A stretch of DNA of 64,000 nt from Candidatus Yonathbacteria bacterium RIFCSPLOWO2_01_FULL_47_33b (GTDB lineage Bacteria; Patescibacteriota; Minisyncoccia; Phycocordibacterales; UBA1550). The translations under genes were made by a program, and so were the position numbers. Numbering within the stretch: the first letter of the stretch is position 1; each line of letters begins with the position of its first letter. Positions 38,067-46,560 of this stretch are shown here, in pieces. The notes below the pieces were generated by a model. It was not told the DNA's origin. It saw only the letters and a program-made list of their open reading frames with translations, and ran no database searches. Location of the stretch: positions 12,909 through 76,908 of the forward strand of contig MHUW01000001.1 of the NCBI GenBank assembly GCA_001823575.1. The letters run 5' to 3'.

Positions 38067-38164
38067 ATCCAGCCCCACTTTTACATTCCTGCACCTTACT
38101 ACAGTTTAGGATTATTTACAAGTCGTTTATTTAAAGATGAAAACCGATAAAAGTGGGGCTGGAT
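38067..38164. repeat. 16-bp perfect inverted repeats between infC and rpmI
   Basis: ATCCAGCCCCACTTTT ... AAAAGTGGGGCTGGAT. Confidence 0.75.
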
Positions 38165-38198
38165 AAGAAAATCATAGTCGCTGCGCTTCTTGATTTTC

Positions 38199-38717
38199 TT
38201 ATTTTTTTGCCGCTCGCTCGAGAATGATGGTGAGCCCCTTGGGGCTTTTGACCGGTTCTCCTGCTATCTTGTATTCCTCACTGATGAGAGTGAGTACTCT
38301 ACCTAAGCGCTCTTTCTTAAAGTCCATTTCTGCGTATTTTGACCGTCCTACGAGAAAGAGATTGATCTTTACGCGATGACCCTCCTTGAGCCACTTGGAA
38401 GCGTTTTTCGCTTTGAGTTCCAAGTCGTGCTCTGAGGTTCCGATCTTTACTTGCAGCGATTTTGTTTCAGTAACATGAGCACGAGACTTTGCTTCCTTAA
38501 GCTTTTTGCTCTGCTGGTACTGAAACTTACCATAATCCATGATTTTCGCAACTGGCGGTTCAGCGTTTGGAGAGATTTCGATAAGATCGAGACCGAGCTC
38601 CTGCGCCTTGGCGAGTGCTTCCGAGAGCGAAAGGACACCATAGTTTTCGCCCGTATCCGTGAGGACACGGAGTTCTTTTGCGCGAATTTGATGGTTGATT
38701 TTCGTCTTAGGATTCAA
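38199..38717 (-). CDS. infC: Translation initiation factor IF-3 (TTG start)
   Basis: IN..IRA.E.R, LDL.EISPNA.PPVAKIMDYGK. Confidence 0.96.
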   Translation of the reverse strand: MNPKTKINHQIRAKELRVLTDTGENYGVLSLSEALAKAQELGLDLIEISPNAEPPVAKIMDYGKFQYQQSKKLKEAKSRAHVTETKSLQVKIGTSEHDLELKAKNASKWLKEGHRVKINLFLVGRSKYAEMDFKKERLGRVLTLISEEYKIAGEPVKSPKGLTIILERAAKK

Positions 38718-38869
38718 AGGATATAAGGTGAATTAAACCACCGCAAGGTATATTGCGGAGTCCTAGGGATTGTAAGGTATTTTGGGGTAAAAGTCAATCA
38801 TTTTAAGGGGTTAGGGGCTGGGTGCGAAAAAGCCGCTCGAAAGCGGCTTTTTCGCACCAAAAGAGGATT

Positions 38870-39085
38870 TTATTTCTTGTTGATCTGCTGCCAGAGCCAT
38901 ACTCCAGCAAGGATACCAACAACGATCCAAACGAGCCCGCCGGCTACCATAAATACGTGGGCACCCCCGCCGTATCCGTAGCCCATCATTCCGTATCGCT
39001 CAAACCCTCCATTCGAAAAACATGCACTTGCGAGGGTTGGGGTCATTACGGCAAGTCCGATAACTATACTAAAAATTGTTTTCAT
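38870..39085 (-). CDS. Small membrane protein with signal peptide
   Basis: MKTIFSIVIGL..., YGMMGYG, C-terminal TM ending WLWQQINKK. Confidence 0.65.
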   Translation of the reverse strand: MKTIFSIVIGLAVMTPTLASACFSNGGFERYGMMGYGYGGGAHVFMVAGGLVWIVVGILAGVWLWQQINKK

Positions 39086-39359
39086 GGTTAATCTTACAAA
39101 TTTACGTTTCGTGCCGACCTTTCCTATAGTATACACCCAGAAAAAATAAAGGTACCCCCAGGGCAAAGTCCTGGGGGTATTAAAGGAGCTATCTTCGCTC
39201 GCACATTCACGCGGCAAAGTCGCGTGGTGTTTACCTATATTAGCTCCTCGGCTCTGAAATAAGAAAGAGTACTTTCTTATTTCACTCGCTCTACGTCGCT
39301 AATAAAAAGACCACAGAATTTTCCGTGGGCTCGGGTATGCGGTTGCTTAACGCATGGAT

Positions 39360-39566
39360 TTATATGGCGGTAAGGAGCAGTCCCTCGTGCATTGTGGGCG
39401 GCCTTGCTTCTTTGTGCTTGGTGTGTAAAAGGGGCCGGTTCGCATACTGCAGGGCAAGGTGCTGATTTATTTCTGCCCACGTACTCTCCTCAGAGAGTCC
39501 CAGGTAGCGTGCCTTATTCTTGCGGTTATTTTCGTTAAAATTAAGATGACTTTCTTGATTACTCAA
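39360..39566 (-). CDS. Small hypothetical protein
   Basis: AGGAG RBS upstream; 68-aa ORF. Confidence 0.45.
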   Translation of the reverse strand: MSNQESHLNFNENNRKNKARYLGLSEESTWAEINQHLALQYANRPLLHTKHKEARPPTMHEGLLLTAI

Positions 39567-39678
39567 TTTCTACTCCTTTTTTGTACAAAAGAACAAGAAC
39601 AGAGATTAACACGGTTGTTGATTTTTGGCAACAATGCAAGAAAAAAGCGGGATATTGTCCCGCTTTTGATGTTTGCGA

Positions 39679-39897
39679 TTAAAGGTCTGCGCCTATTACG
39701 TCTCTGCCGTTTTTTATGGCGAGATTTTTTGCACCTTCGTTATCAATATAGTGCATAATAAGTTCATCGTCGGTCGGTTCGCGACCAAATGCCTCTCTTG
39801 CTACGCGCCTATTGAAATCACTAAAGATTTCGCTCATTTGTTCTTCGTGGTGTTTTTGAAACTCGGGGTCTTGTGGACCCTGCGATTGATTGCCCAT
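39679..39897 (-). CDS. Small hypothetical protein
   Basis: AAGGAG RBS before ATG 39897. Confidence 0.55.
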   Translation of the reverse strand: MGNQSQGPQDPEFQKHHEEQMSEIFSDFNRRVAREAFGREPTDDELIMHYIDNEGAKNLAIKNGRDVIGADL

Positions 39898-40202
39898 AAC
39901 AGTCTCCTTGATAGTGAGATTATTTTGAACAGCTCCAGCCGTGGTACAACTGCATAAAAGTATATTCCTCTCATTTAAAAAGTTCAAGGGTCCCCATTCT
40001 TCGCTTAGAATTTTGGTGTGGTAAAAAAGAAAAAGTCGCACGAGCGGATCGTGCGACTTTAAATGTTGATGCTAGATAGTCTCGACCGGGATGGTTTTCT
40101 TTTTGTACCACCTCGTAAGTCCTGTTGTGCGATCGTGAAGAATTTCTTTCCATAGTTCCCCAAACCGTAAACCGTGTCCAAAGTTCCAGGCATAGGTTGG
40201 TT

Positions 40203-40592
40203 CTACGCCAGAGCCACCCCTCCTCTCTGAGCATACTTCCATACGCTCCCGAGGAAACCCAGGTCAAATGCGGTGCGTATAATAAACGGACGTGAGGGGT
40301 TTCGGTATGGCGGTGGTGTCACTTTGGTAACAACTAGAGAAATCACCCGCTCTTTTCCTTGAACAATGATTGGAAGCGTCACCTTTTCAAACACTGAAGG
40401 AACGGAGTCGAGTTTGTAAAAAGTCCTCATGCCAGCGTTTACTACGAGGGTTGAGACCTTCCTTTTAATCATTCGGCCTCCTCGAAGTATTCGCCTCCAA
40501 AGGGGCAAGCCTGCTTCTTTGGGTGTTACTAGTTCAAAATTTTCCTCTTCGATAATTAAAGGGATAAGTATGAGTGCCTGTATTTGCGCCAT
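40203..40592 (-). CDS. Hypothetical protein
   Basis: AGGAGG RBS, 129 aa. Confidence 0.55.
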   Translation of the reverse strand: MAQIQALILIPLIIEEENFELVTPKEAGLPLWRRILRGGRMIKRKVSTLVVNAGMRTFYKLDSVPSVFEKVTLPIIVQGKERVISLVVTKVTPPPYRNPSRPFIIRTAFDLGFLGSVWKYAQRGGVALA

Positions 40593-40850
40593 CGGGGGCC
40601 TCCTGTTGACATATCTGTTGTAACGTTCAAGAATTTCTCCCCGAAGACTAGCATAATTATGTGATAATGCAACAAAAAAGCCGCCAGCGGAAGTGCTGGC
40701 GGCGATAAGGTTTTTATTTCACAATTTTAAGAGCAGAGTTCTTCCCGGAGTGTGTACGATTGAGTCCCGCTAGAATATTAGACACGGTATCAAGGCGCGC
40801 AGAACTAAAAGCAATTTCAGGACGGTTCAGGACAAGAAGCGAATCATATT

Positions 40851-41531
40851 TTGGTAGGGGAGAGCATTGCACTTAAGAAGTCTGGAGTGAATCATTCTTG
40901 TGTGGACGTGAAAAAAACTTCTTCTGAGAAGTTCACGGGCCACGCCGGAGCTTCTCAGAAAACGCTTTTTACAAAACTTCATTCACAGGATTCCGACCAA
41001 TCACTTCGCGAGGAAGCAGTAACACTCAACAACCCTGTAGTTCGCAAAAATGTTAACTGCAAGCTCGTTGGATCACGCATTAGAAACAACACCGAGCGTC
41101 TTATTGCTCGTGCGGAATGTATTCGCACCCATTACGGCAGTATGATTGTCGATGCCCTTGAGGCGGAAGGAAATTTATTTTCCGGGCTAGAAATTCTAGC
41201 CATTATGCTTCAAGAATCACAAGGTGACCCTCGCGCAGTTTCAACTGCACGGGTGCCCTGTCTTGGTCTTATGCAATTGCAGCCACCCACGGCACGGCAA
41301 TATGGTGTTAGGAACATCTTTGACCCCCGCAAAAATATTTTTGGCGGCGTCCGGGTGTTTACTGACTATGTATACCGCTATGGCAAGGGTAACAAGTCGT
41401 ATGGCCTTGCCGCATACAATATGGGACCGGAAGGCTTGCGTAAGTCCAGACTCAATCCGGAACATCTTGTCTATGTTCGCGAAGTGAAAGCGATATTACA
41501 CACTCTGGAGGATCGTCAATTCACGCTCTAG
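40851..41531 (+). CDS. Lytic transglycosylase (SLT domain); start uncertain
   Basis: AIMLQES.GDP.AVS, GLMQL, NIFGG, LAAYN.G. Confidence 0.88.
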   Translation: MVGESIALKKSGVNHSCVDVKKTSSEKFTGHAGASQKTLFTKLHSQDSDQSLREEAVTLNNPVVRKNVNCKLVGSRIRNNTERLIARAECIRTHYGSMIVDALEAEGNLFSGLEILAIMLQESQGDPRAVSTARVPCLGLMQLQPPTARQYGVRNIFDPRKNIFGGVRVFTDYVYRYGKGNKSYGLAAYNMGPEGLRKSRLNPEHLVYVREVKAILHTLEDRQFTL

Positions 41532-41716
41532 GTTTATTACCCCGCACCACCTCAAGCATGTGCATTACCCTCAAAACAAGAACAAGTTTTTAGTAAATCC
41601 CCCTAACGTATGATCAGGAGGATTTTTGTTTACGGCGAGGCGTGTACAAATATCGATGTTTTATGCTAGGGTTGTTTCAGTAGTTCACTTCACTCATTAT
41701 TTCTGAGGAGAAACTC

Positions 41717-42109
41717 ATGAAAGCAATAGGGTCGTTTATGCGAGAACTCAGCGCATCTTCAGGGAAGTTTCATCCACACTTGCATTACGATGAGAGCATG
41801 GGTTGCTTGCAGGTTCTTTTGCGTAATTGCGATATACGCGAAGTGGAGGTTTCAAGGTCTTTTGATGTGCTCAAAAATAATCACCCCCAAAACAAGAAAG
41901 GGAACATTGCAGGATTTATTCTGTGGGGAGCGCGTGGGATGCTTTATGATCAAGGGTATACAAAGTCCAGTATTTCACTGGAGCATCTCATCAAACGGTT
42001 TGAGCGCCACAATAATCTGCCACACAACACGAGTGTGTTCGGAAGGTATGATGAGTACGTTCTGCGTATCGCACGCAAGCACCAGTTTGTGTGGCATATT
42101 TCGGAATAA
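41717..42109 (+). CDS. Hypothetical protein
   Basis: GAGGAG RBS; terminator at about 42119-42155. Confidence 0.6.
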   Translation: MKAIGSFMRELSASSGKFHPHLHYDESMGCLQVLLRNCDIREVEVSRSFDVLKNNHPQNKKGNIAGFILWGARGMLYDQGYTKSSISLEHLIKRFERHNNLPHNTSVFGRYDEYVLRIARKHQFVWHISE

Positions 42110-42192
42110 AATTTGTTTTAAACCCCCACAGCAGTACGCTGTGGGGGTTTGTTTTGTTGATTTAGGTTGAAAAATATGGCATTATTTAAGAA

Positions 42193-42597
42193 ATGTCTGA
42201 AAATAAATTCCAAAAACTTCTTGAGGAAAGAAAAACAGATTATGGAACATGGGTCCCAGTTTTTTGCCCAGCACTAAGAGAGTATGTATATTTCAATGCT
42301 CAAGGATTTAATCATTTACGTTTTAAAATAGATAATACTCCACGCAATCCAAAAGAAGCAATGTATAAACTTGGACTACTCCCCCTTGTTAGGTCGGTTA
42401 TCCATCTAGCCGTAAGGGTTGATAAATACGAAAGAAGATTGTCACCAATGGGAGGAAGTAGAAAAAAAGTTTACAAAGAAATTGAATATTGGGGTCTTAT
42501 TGAGGTTGTAGGGAAGCAGGATGTAAAAATAAGGGTTGTTTTAAGGAAAATAGTTAATAGTGACAGAATTCATTTCTGGAGTGTCATGAAAGGATAA
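42193..42597 (+). CDS. Basic hypothetical protein, possibly RelE/BECR-fold nuclease
   Basis: V.FN..GF.HL..K, beta-rich C-terminus ending HFWSVM; AT-rich; fold is an inference. Confidence 0.55.
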   Translation: MSENKFQKLLEERKTDYGTWVPVFCPALREYVYFNAQGFNHLRFKIDNTPRNPKEAMYKLGLLPLVRSVIHLAVRVDKYERRLSPMGGSRKKVYKEIEYWGLIEVVGKQDVKIRVVLRKIVNSDRIHFWSVMKG

Positions 42598-42690
42598 CAA
42601 CAAAAAACCCATCAAATGATGGGTTTTTTGTTGTGCCTGCCTCGGCTTTGGAATTCCTTATCCGAAATAGGCTTTCGCCCACAGGCACAC
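42598..42690 (-). ncRNA. Candidate small structured RNA convergent with 42193-42597
   Basis: Minus-strand promoter TTGCAC(42724)-18-TATAAT(42700); GTGCCTG/CAGGCAC closing stem, GAAA tetraloop hairpin; ends at shared terminator. Confidence 0.5.
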
Positions 42691-42810
42691 TTATATTATA
42701 CACAAATCTATAACATAAGTGCAACTACGGGTTGCTATCAATCTCTGAATTTACACAATAACATATTTTATTAGCAAGTCAAGTTATTAGCTAATTCTGC
42801 TAAGTATTTA

Positions 42811-43317
42811 TCGGTCACGAGTTATTAGGTGTTCTCGGGTGAGTTAACGTCGCGCTTCAATGGACACTGTGCGACGCGATTTTGCAAAATCGCCTGAGAG
42901 CACCAAGTACTCTCGACCCCGACTCGACTCCCTCGCAAAAGCCTTGGGATGTCTCCGGCTTTCGATTCCCCACGCGAGGTTCATCGGTCACGAATCACTA
43001 ACCGAATTCGCCGAGTACGACTCATTCGCTAAGTGTTCGCTACCCCGCCTCAGCGACCTAGTGAGTACACTAGGTACCCGCTTCCGGCTTTCGATTCCCC
43101 CCATTTCGCACAATCGCAAAACCGCCAAACTCTTTCAGAGTTGGGCGGTGCGACTTGTGGAAGTGGTCTCGGTCACGAGTTACTAAGTCTGCTCGGGTGA
43201 GTACATCCTGCGCGGACTAAGTACTCTCGACCCCAGCTCGTGGTTTTTGATTACAAAAACATCACTGCGCCTTTCGATTCCCCCACGTAAAGCGCGCAGG
43301 CGCTTTACTCATCTCCA
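42811..43317. repeat. Three tandem structured repeat units ending in inverted tmRNA T-arm fragments
   Basis: Units start TCGGTCACGA at 42811, 42984, 43169 and end CTTTCGATTCCCC. Confidence 0.8.
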
Positions 43318-43523
43318 TAAACAAAAACCCCGCTTTCGCGGGGATTGTTTTGTTTGTGGACACCCTTGAAGGAGTATGGAACCAGGCAGAAAGCTATATT
43401 CTACGATCATACGACCTCATCAAAGACCTTGGAATGCTCGATTTCGCCAAGGAAATGCAACAGTTAAATACCACATAAGGGAAATAGAACCAGTAAACAT
43501 AAAAACAGCAATTGGTGCTCGTT

Positions 43524-44021
43524 TTAGGATTCTACGCTGAACGTCAAACCTTCTTTTTCAAAGAATGTTGCGAGGTCACAACATTCTACGGAATGCTCTT
43601 TGCATAAGGCAGGTATTTTAGGTTTCAAGTGATTGCCGTCAGGTTTTTCATAAGTTACAACTACGTATTTGTTAATTTTTGCGACTGCTACAACAAAAGT
43701 GTCGGCACTATAAACTTTTGCGCCTTTATATTCCGAAAGGAGTGGATATTTGTTCACCATAACCGAGACAAGCTCAATTTGTTCCTGGGTGATAGGCACT
43801 ACGCATGATTTGTATTGTTTGAACCAAGAAACAAGGTCGTCTGTCCCCACGCCTATTTCTTTAGGAACTTCTTCAGCTACAACAATCAATCCTTGTTTCA
43901 TCATTTCTCCTATGTGGTCCCATAATCCTGAGAACGACTTTGGTCTATAATGACGTCGCCAACCATTCAAGAAAGCGGAAGTATCGAAGCAGTATATTAT
44001 TCTAGAGGTTTTGTCGGACAT
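43524..44021 (-). CDS. PIN-domain protein, DUF4411-like
   Basis: YCFDTSAF, F..LW, EV..EI, AD.FVVAVA, VVT.E, KIP..C. Confidence 0.85.
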   Translation of the reverse strand: MSDKTSRIIYCFDTSAFLNGWRRHYRPKSFSGLWDHIGEMMKQGLIVVAEEVPKEIGVGTDDLVSWFKQYKSCVVPITQEQIELVSVMVNKYPLLSEYKGAKVYSADTFVVAVAKINKYVVVTYEKPDGNHLKPKIPALCKEHSVECCDLATFFEKEGLTFSVES

Positions 44022-44030
44022 ATTAAAGTA

Positions 44031-45191
44031 TTAGACGTTGGTTTCAATTGCAGAAATATGCTTTGAAGTAGTTCCAAGAAAACTTGATACATCAGTAAGG
44101 GTTATACGGCTCTCGTTCATTGAGCGAAGTACAAGGGAGGTGAAGGCCCTCCCGTTTTTACTAATTATTTTTCTGTATTGGGGAACTACAACGTTCTTCT
44201 TAGTACGTTTTTTGTACTCCTCAAAGCTTTTCATAAGTTCGTTCCTTCTTTGTTCATATTTTTTTTCACTTAGCACACCAATTTGAACAAGGCGACGGTA
44301 TATAACTTCTTGGCTTACTTGGTACACTCTTGCGAGAGATTTAATATCTTCAGCAAGCCAGTTTTCAAATGGTATTTTACTCATGCGCATGACTATGTCG
44401 TTTGACTTAAACCCCGATACTGGAACAAGCACAGAAGCTGCAAATTGGTTACAGAATTTCTCTACTTTTGTGTATTCATAGGAATTTCTTGAAAAATTAT
44501 CTGGAGTGCATACACCCGACTGATGAAGGAGAATATGGCCTATTTCATGAAATAGTGAGAATATGCGCCTATTTTCATGTTCAGCGGAGTTAAGCATTAT
44601 TATGTAAGGCTTCTCATCTGCAAGACAAAATGCACTAACATCATCTTTTTGGAGGCTCTGCTGTAATACAAAAATGCCAAGTCTTTCAACGGCGTCTTTC
44701 CATCCACGTAAAGTGAGTGCTGGGGTTGACCATTTTTTCTTTTCCGCGGGTGACACAGACAAGAGTGATAAGAAATCTGTAGCAGCCTTTTCGAGGTCAT
44801 CACCAAGTCCAACACTTTTAAATGCGTATTTTATTTCACCATCTTGTAGGTCTTGAACAATTGACTGAGCGTAGCGTGCTTTTCTTACAGCTGTCATTAC
44901 TTCGTGAGAAAATTCACTAGTTTCCGACGCATATACAATTCGAAAATCTTTCGGGATCATTGCGTCCTGAGGAGCTTTTTGTAAAAGAAAATAAACAAGG
45001 GGCATCTTATAAACTTCGCTCATCTTCCTTATTTTCCCTAGAGTGATAGAAGTTTTTTCTTCCTCAAGTTTTCTTAATCTCTCCTCCTCTATTTTTAGTT
45101 TTTTTGAGGCATCCTCAATACTGTAGCCAGAAAGGTATCTCGCGTATTTTAGAATTGAAGGCTCAATCTGAATTTCGATAGAACGGACCAT
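44031..45191 (-). CDS. XRE HTH + ImmA/IrrE (M78) metallopeptidase
   Basis: N-terminal HTH; RRIFSLFHEIGHILL; E..CN.FAA..L.P. Confidence 0.9.
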   Translation of the reverse strand: MVRSIEIQIEPSILKYARYLSGYSIEDASKKLKIEEERLRKLEEEKTSITLGKIRKMSEVYKMPLVYFLLQKAPQDAMIPKDFRIVYASETSEFSHEVMTAVRKARYAQSIVQDLQDGEIKYAFKSVGLGDDLEKAATDFLSLLSVSPAEKKKWSTPALTLRGWKDAVERLGIFVLQQSLQKDDVSAFCLADEKPYIIMLNSAEHENRRIFSLFHEIGHILLHQSGVCTPDNFSRNSYEYTKVEKFCNQFAASVLVPVSGFKSNDIVMRMSKIPFENWLAEDIKSLARVYQVSQEVIYRRLVQIGVLSEKKYEQRRNELMKSFEEYKKRTKKNVVVPQYRKIISKNGRAFTSLVLRSMNESRITLTDVSSFLGTTSKHISAIETNV

Positions 45192-45307
45192 ATGAAAATT
45201 ATATCAGGTTTCGTATTTTTTATATACAAGATACTGAATAGTATGTACACAGGATTTACTGTTTTTATGGCAAAAGAAGCCCTCTTTTTAGAAGCCCGAA
45301 TAGGATC

Positions 45308-45398
45308 CGGAACTCTAAGGAGGGGGATTCGAACCCCCGATGGTTTTACCCATGTCACGTTATTAAGGTGCTGCAATAGACCACTCTGCCATCCTTCC
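45308..45398 (-). tRNA. tRNA-Ser-like gene with degenerate anticodon arm and 6-nt insertion in the 3' acceptor strand (pseudo-tRNA)
   Basis: GGAAGGATGGCAGAGTGGTCTATTGC, long variable arm ATGG-GTAAAA-CCAT, GGGGGTTCGAATCCCCC, then TCCTT[AGAGTT]CCG. Confidence 0.65.
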
Positions 45399-45409
45399 AC
45401 GATAGTGGG

Positions 45410-45524
45410 TGCTCGGTGCGGGACTTGAACCCGCAAGTCTTTCGACACTAGTTTGAGGAAACCCCAACATTGTGTGTTAGGAACTCTTCAAGACCAGCGT
45501 GTTTACCAATTTCACCAACCGAGC
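45410..45524 (-). tRNA. tRNA-Leu-like body with 33 extra nt in the anticodon loop
   Basis: Perfect GCTCGGT/ACCGAGC acceptor, A discriminator, D arm, GTC-GAAA-GAC variable arm, T arm; 40-nt loop beginning CT-TGA-A. Confidence 0.7.
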
Positions 45525-45588
45525 GCCTTTCAATTATGCTGTATTTCTGAAAACTTGCAAAGGTTTACCAAAGGCGTAGTGTGAAAAA

Positions 45589-46014
45589 ATGGATTCTCTA
45601 AATCCCTGGCCTTGGTATAAAAAGAAGCGCTATTTGGTCCCATTGGGGCTCGTGGCCTTGTTAGTCTTGTCAGGTGGCGATAATGCGCCACAGAATCAGT
45701 CAGCACCGCAGAGAATGGCTCCTGTTGTGCAACAAGTTGAAATCAAGTCCGCAATGTCGTCGGGAGCTACTCAGGAGCTTCCACGGCCAGTTGATACGGC
45801 TCAGCGCACTCTTTCTCCAGCCCCCGATAGTAATTCAGGGTTATCGAATGATAGTTACTACACTAATAGCGCAGGGAACGAGGTGCACTCACCGGCTTAT
45901 TCTGATACTGTCCCGTCTGGCGCCTCTGCACAATGTCGAGATGGTACTTATAGTTTCAGTCAATCCAGGCGTGGGACTTGTTCGCATCACGGGGGTGTGG
46001 CAAATTGGCTTTAG
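45589..46014 (+). CDS. DUF3761-domain membrane-anchored protein
   Basis: PWYKK + TM; C-terminal GASAQCRDGTYSFSQSRRGTCSHHGGV. Confidence 0.85.
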   Translation: MDSLNPWPWYKKKRYLVPLGLVALLVLSGGDNAPQNQSAPQRMAPVVQQVEIKSAMSSGATQELPRPVDTAQRTLSPAPDSNSGLSNDSYYTNSAGNEVHSPAYSDTVPSGASAQCRDGTYSFSQSRRGTCSHHGGVANWL

Positions 46015-46047
46015 GAAACTTTATTATTGATTGTCGGTAAGTGCGCC

Positions 46048-46275
46048 CTATTCTGTATGTTGCAAAGAGTTCTTCTTTGGTGATATTGTTTTTATCACCC
46101 AAACAACGCTGCACAAGAAGCCAAGCAGGGAAATAATGCTCCCAAGTGCTTTAAAAAGTTCTGCATCAAGGGCAATTGTGATTACATAACCACCAAGAAT
46201 ACCAATGACTGCATCACGTCCCCATTCTTTTCGAGATCGGTTTCTGAAAGAGTAAAATTTTGTTTTATATTGCAT
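46048..46275 (-). CDS. Small two-TM protein
   Basis: Two hydrophobic segments; same strand as upstream genes. Confidence 0.5.
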   Translation of the reverse strand: MQYKTKFYSFRNRSRKEWGRDAVIGILGGYVITIALDAELFKALGSIISLLGFLCSVVWVIKTISPKKNSLQHTE

Positions 46276-46287
46276 GTATGGTTAATT

Positions 46288-46560
46288 TTATTTTTTAGGC
46301 AGTTGTCCAATTTCTTGCAAGTGTTCGATAAGTGGCTGCTTCATTCGCTCTTGGGCGCGCTTCGCCAATGGCGTCAGGTTGTTTTGTTTCTTTCCCTGCG
46401 CTCTGTTGTGTCCTGACTCGCTTGATTTTTCAATGTCGTATTCTTCTTGCAGCGCCCGCACAAACAATCCTTGGATATTTTTCTTTGTTGATTTCTTCAT
46501 TTTGCTATTGGTTTGACTCAGGGAACTGACACTGGGGAAATCGTAATTTTTTACCACCAA
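46288..46560 (-). CDS. Small hypothetical protein
   Basis: Overlaps stop of upstream gene; start uncertain. Confidence 0.4.
   Translation of the reverse strand: MVVKNYDFPSVSSLSQTNSKMKKSTKKNIQGLFVRALQEEYDIEKSSESGHNRAQGKKQNNLTPLAKRAQERMKQPLIEHLQEIGQLPKK

Noticed and set aside
42860-43186. 108-aa ORF
   Set aside because: Lies wholly within the structured repeat units and has no recognisable motif; likely spurious.
42811-43317. CRISPR array
   Set aside because: Constant blocks are only 10-20 bp, units are irregular in length and the variable parts are hairpins.
45410-45524. Group I intron in tRNA-Leu
   Set aside because: The insert is only 33 nt, far too short for a catalytic core.
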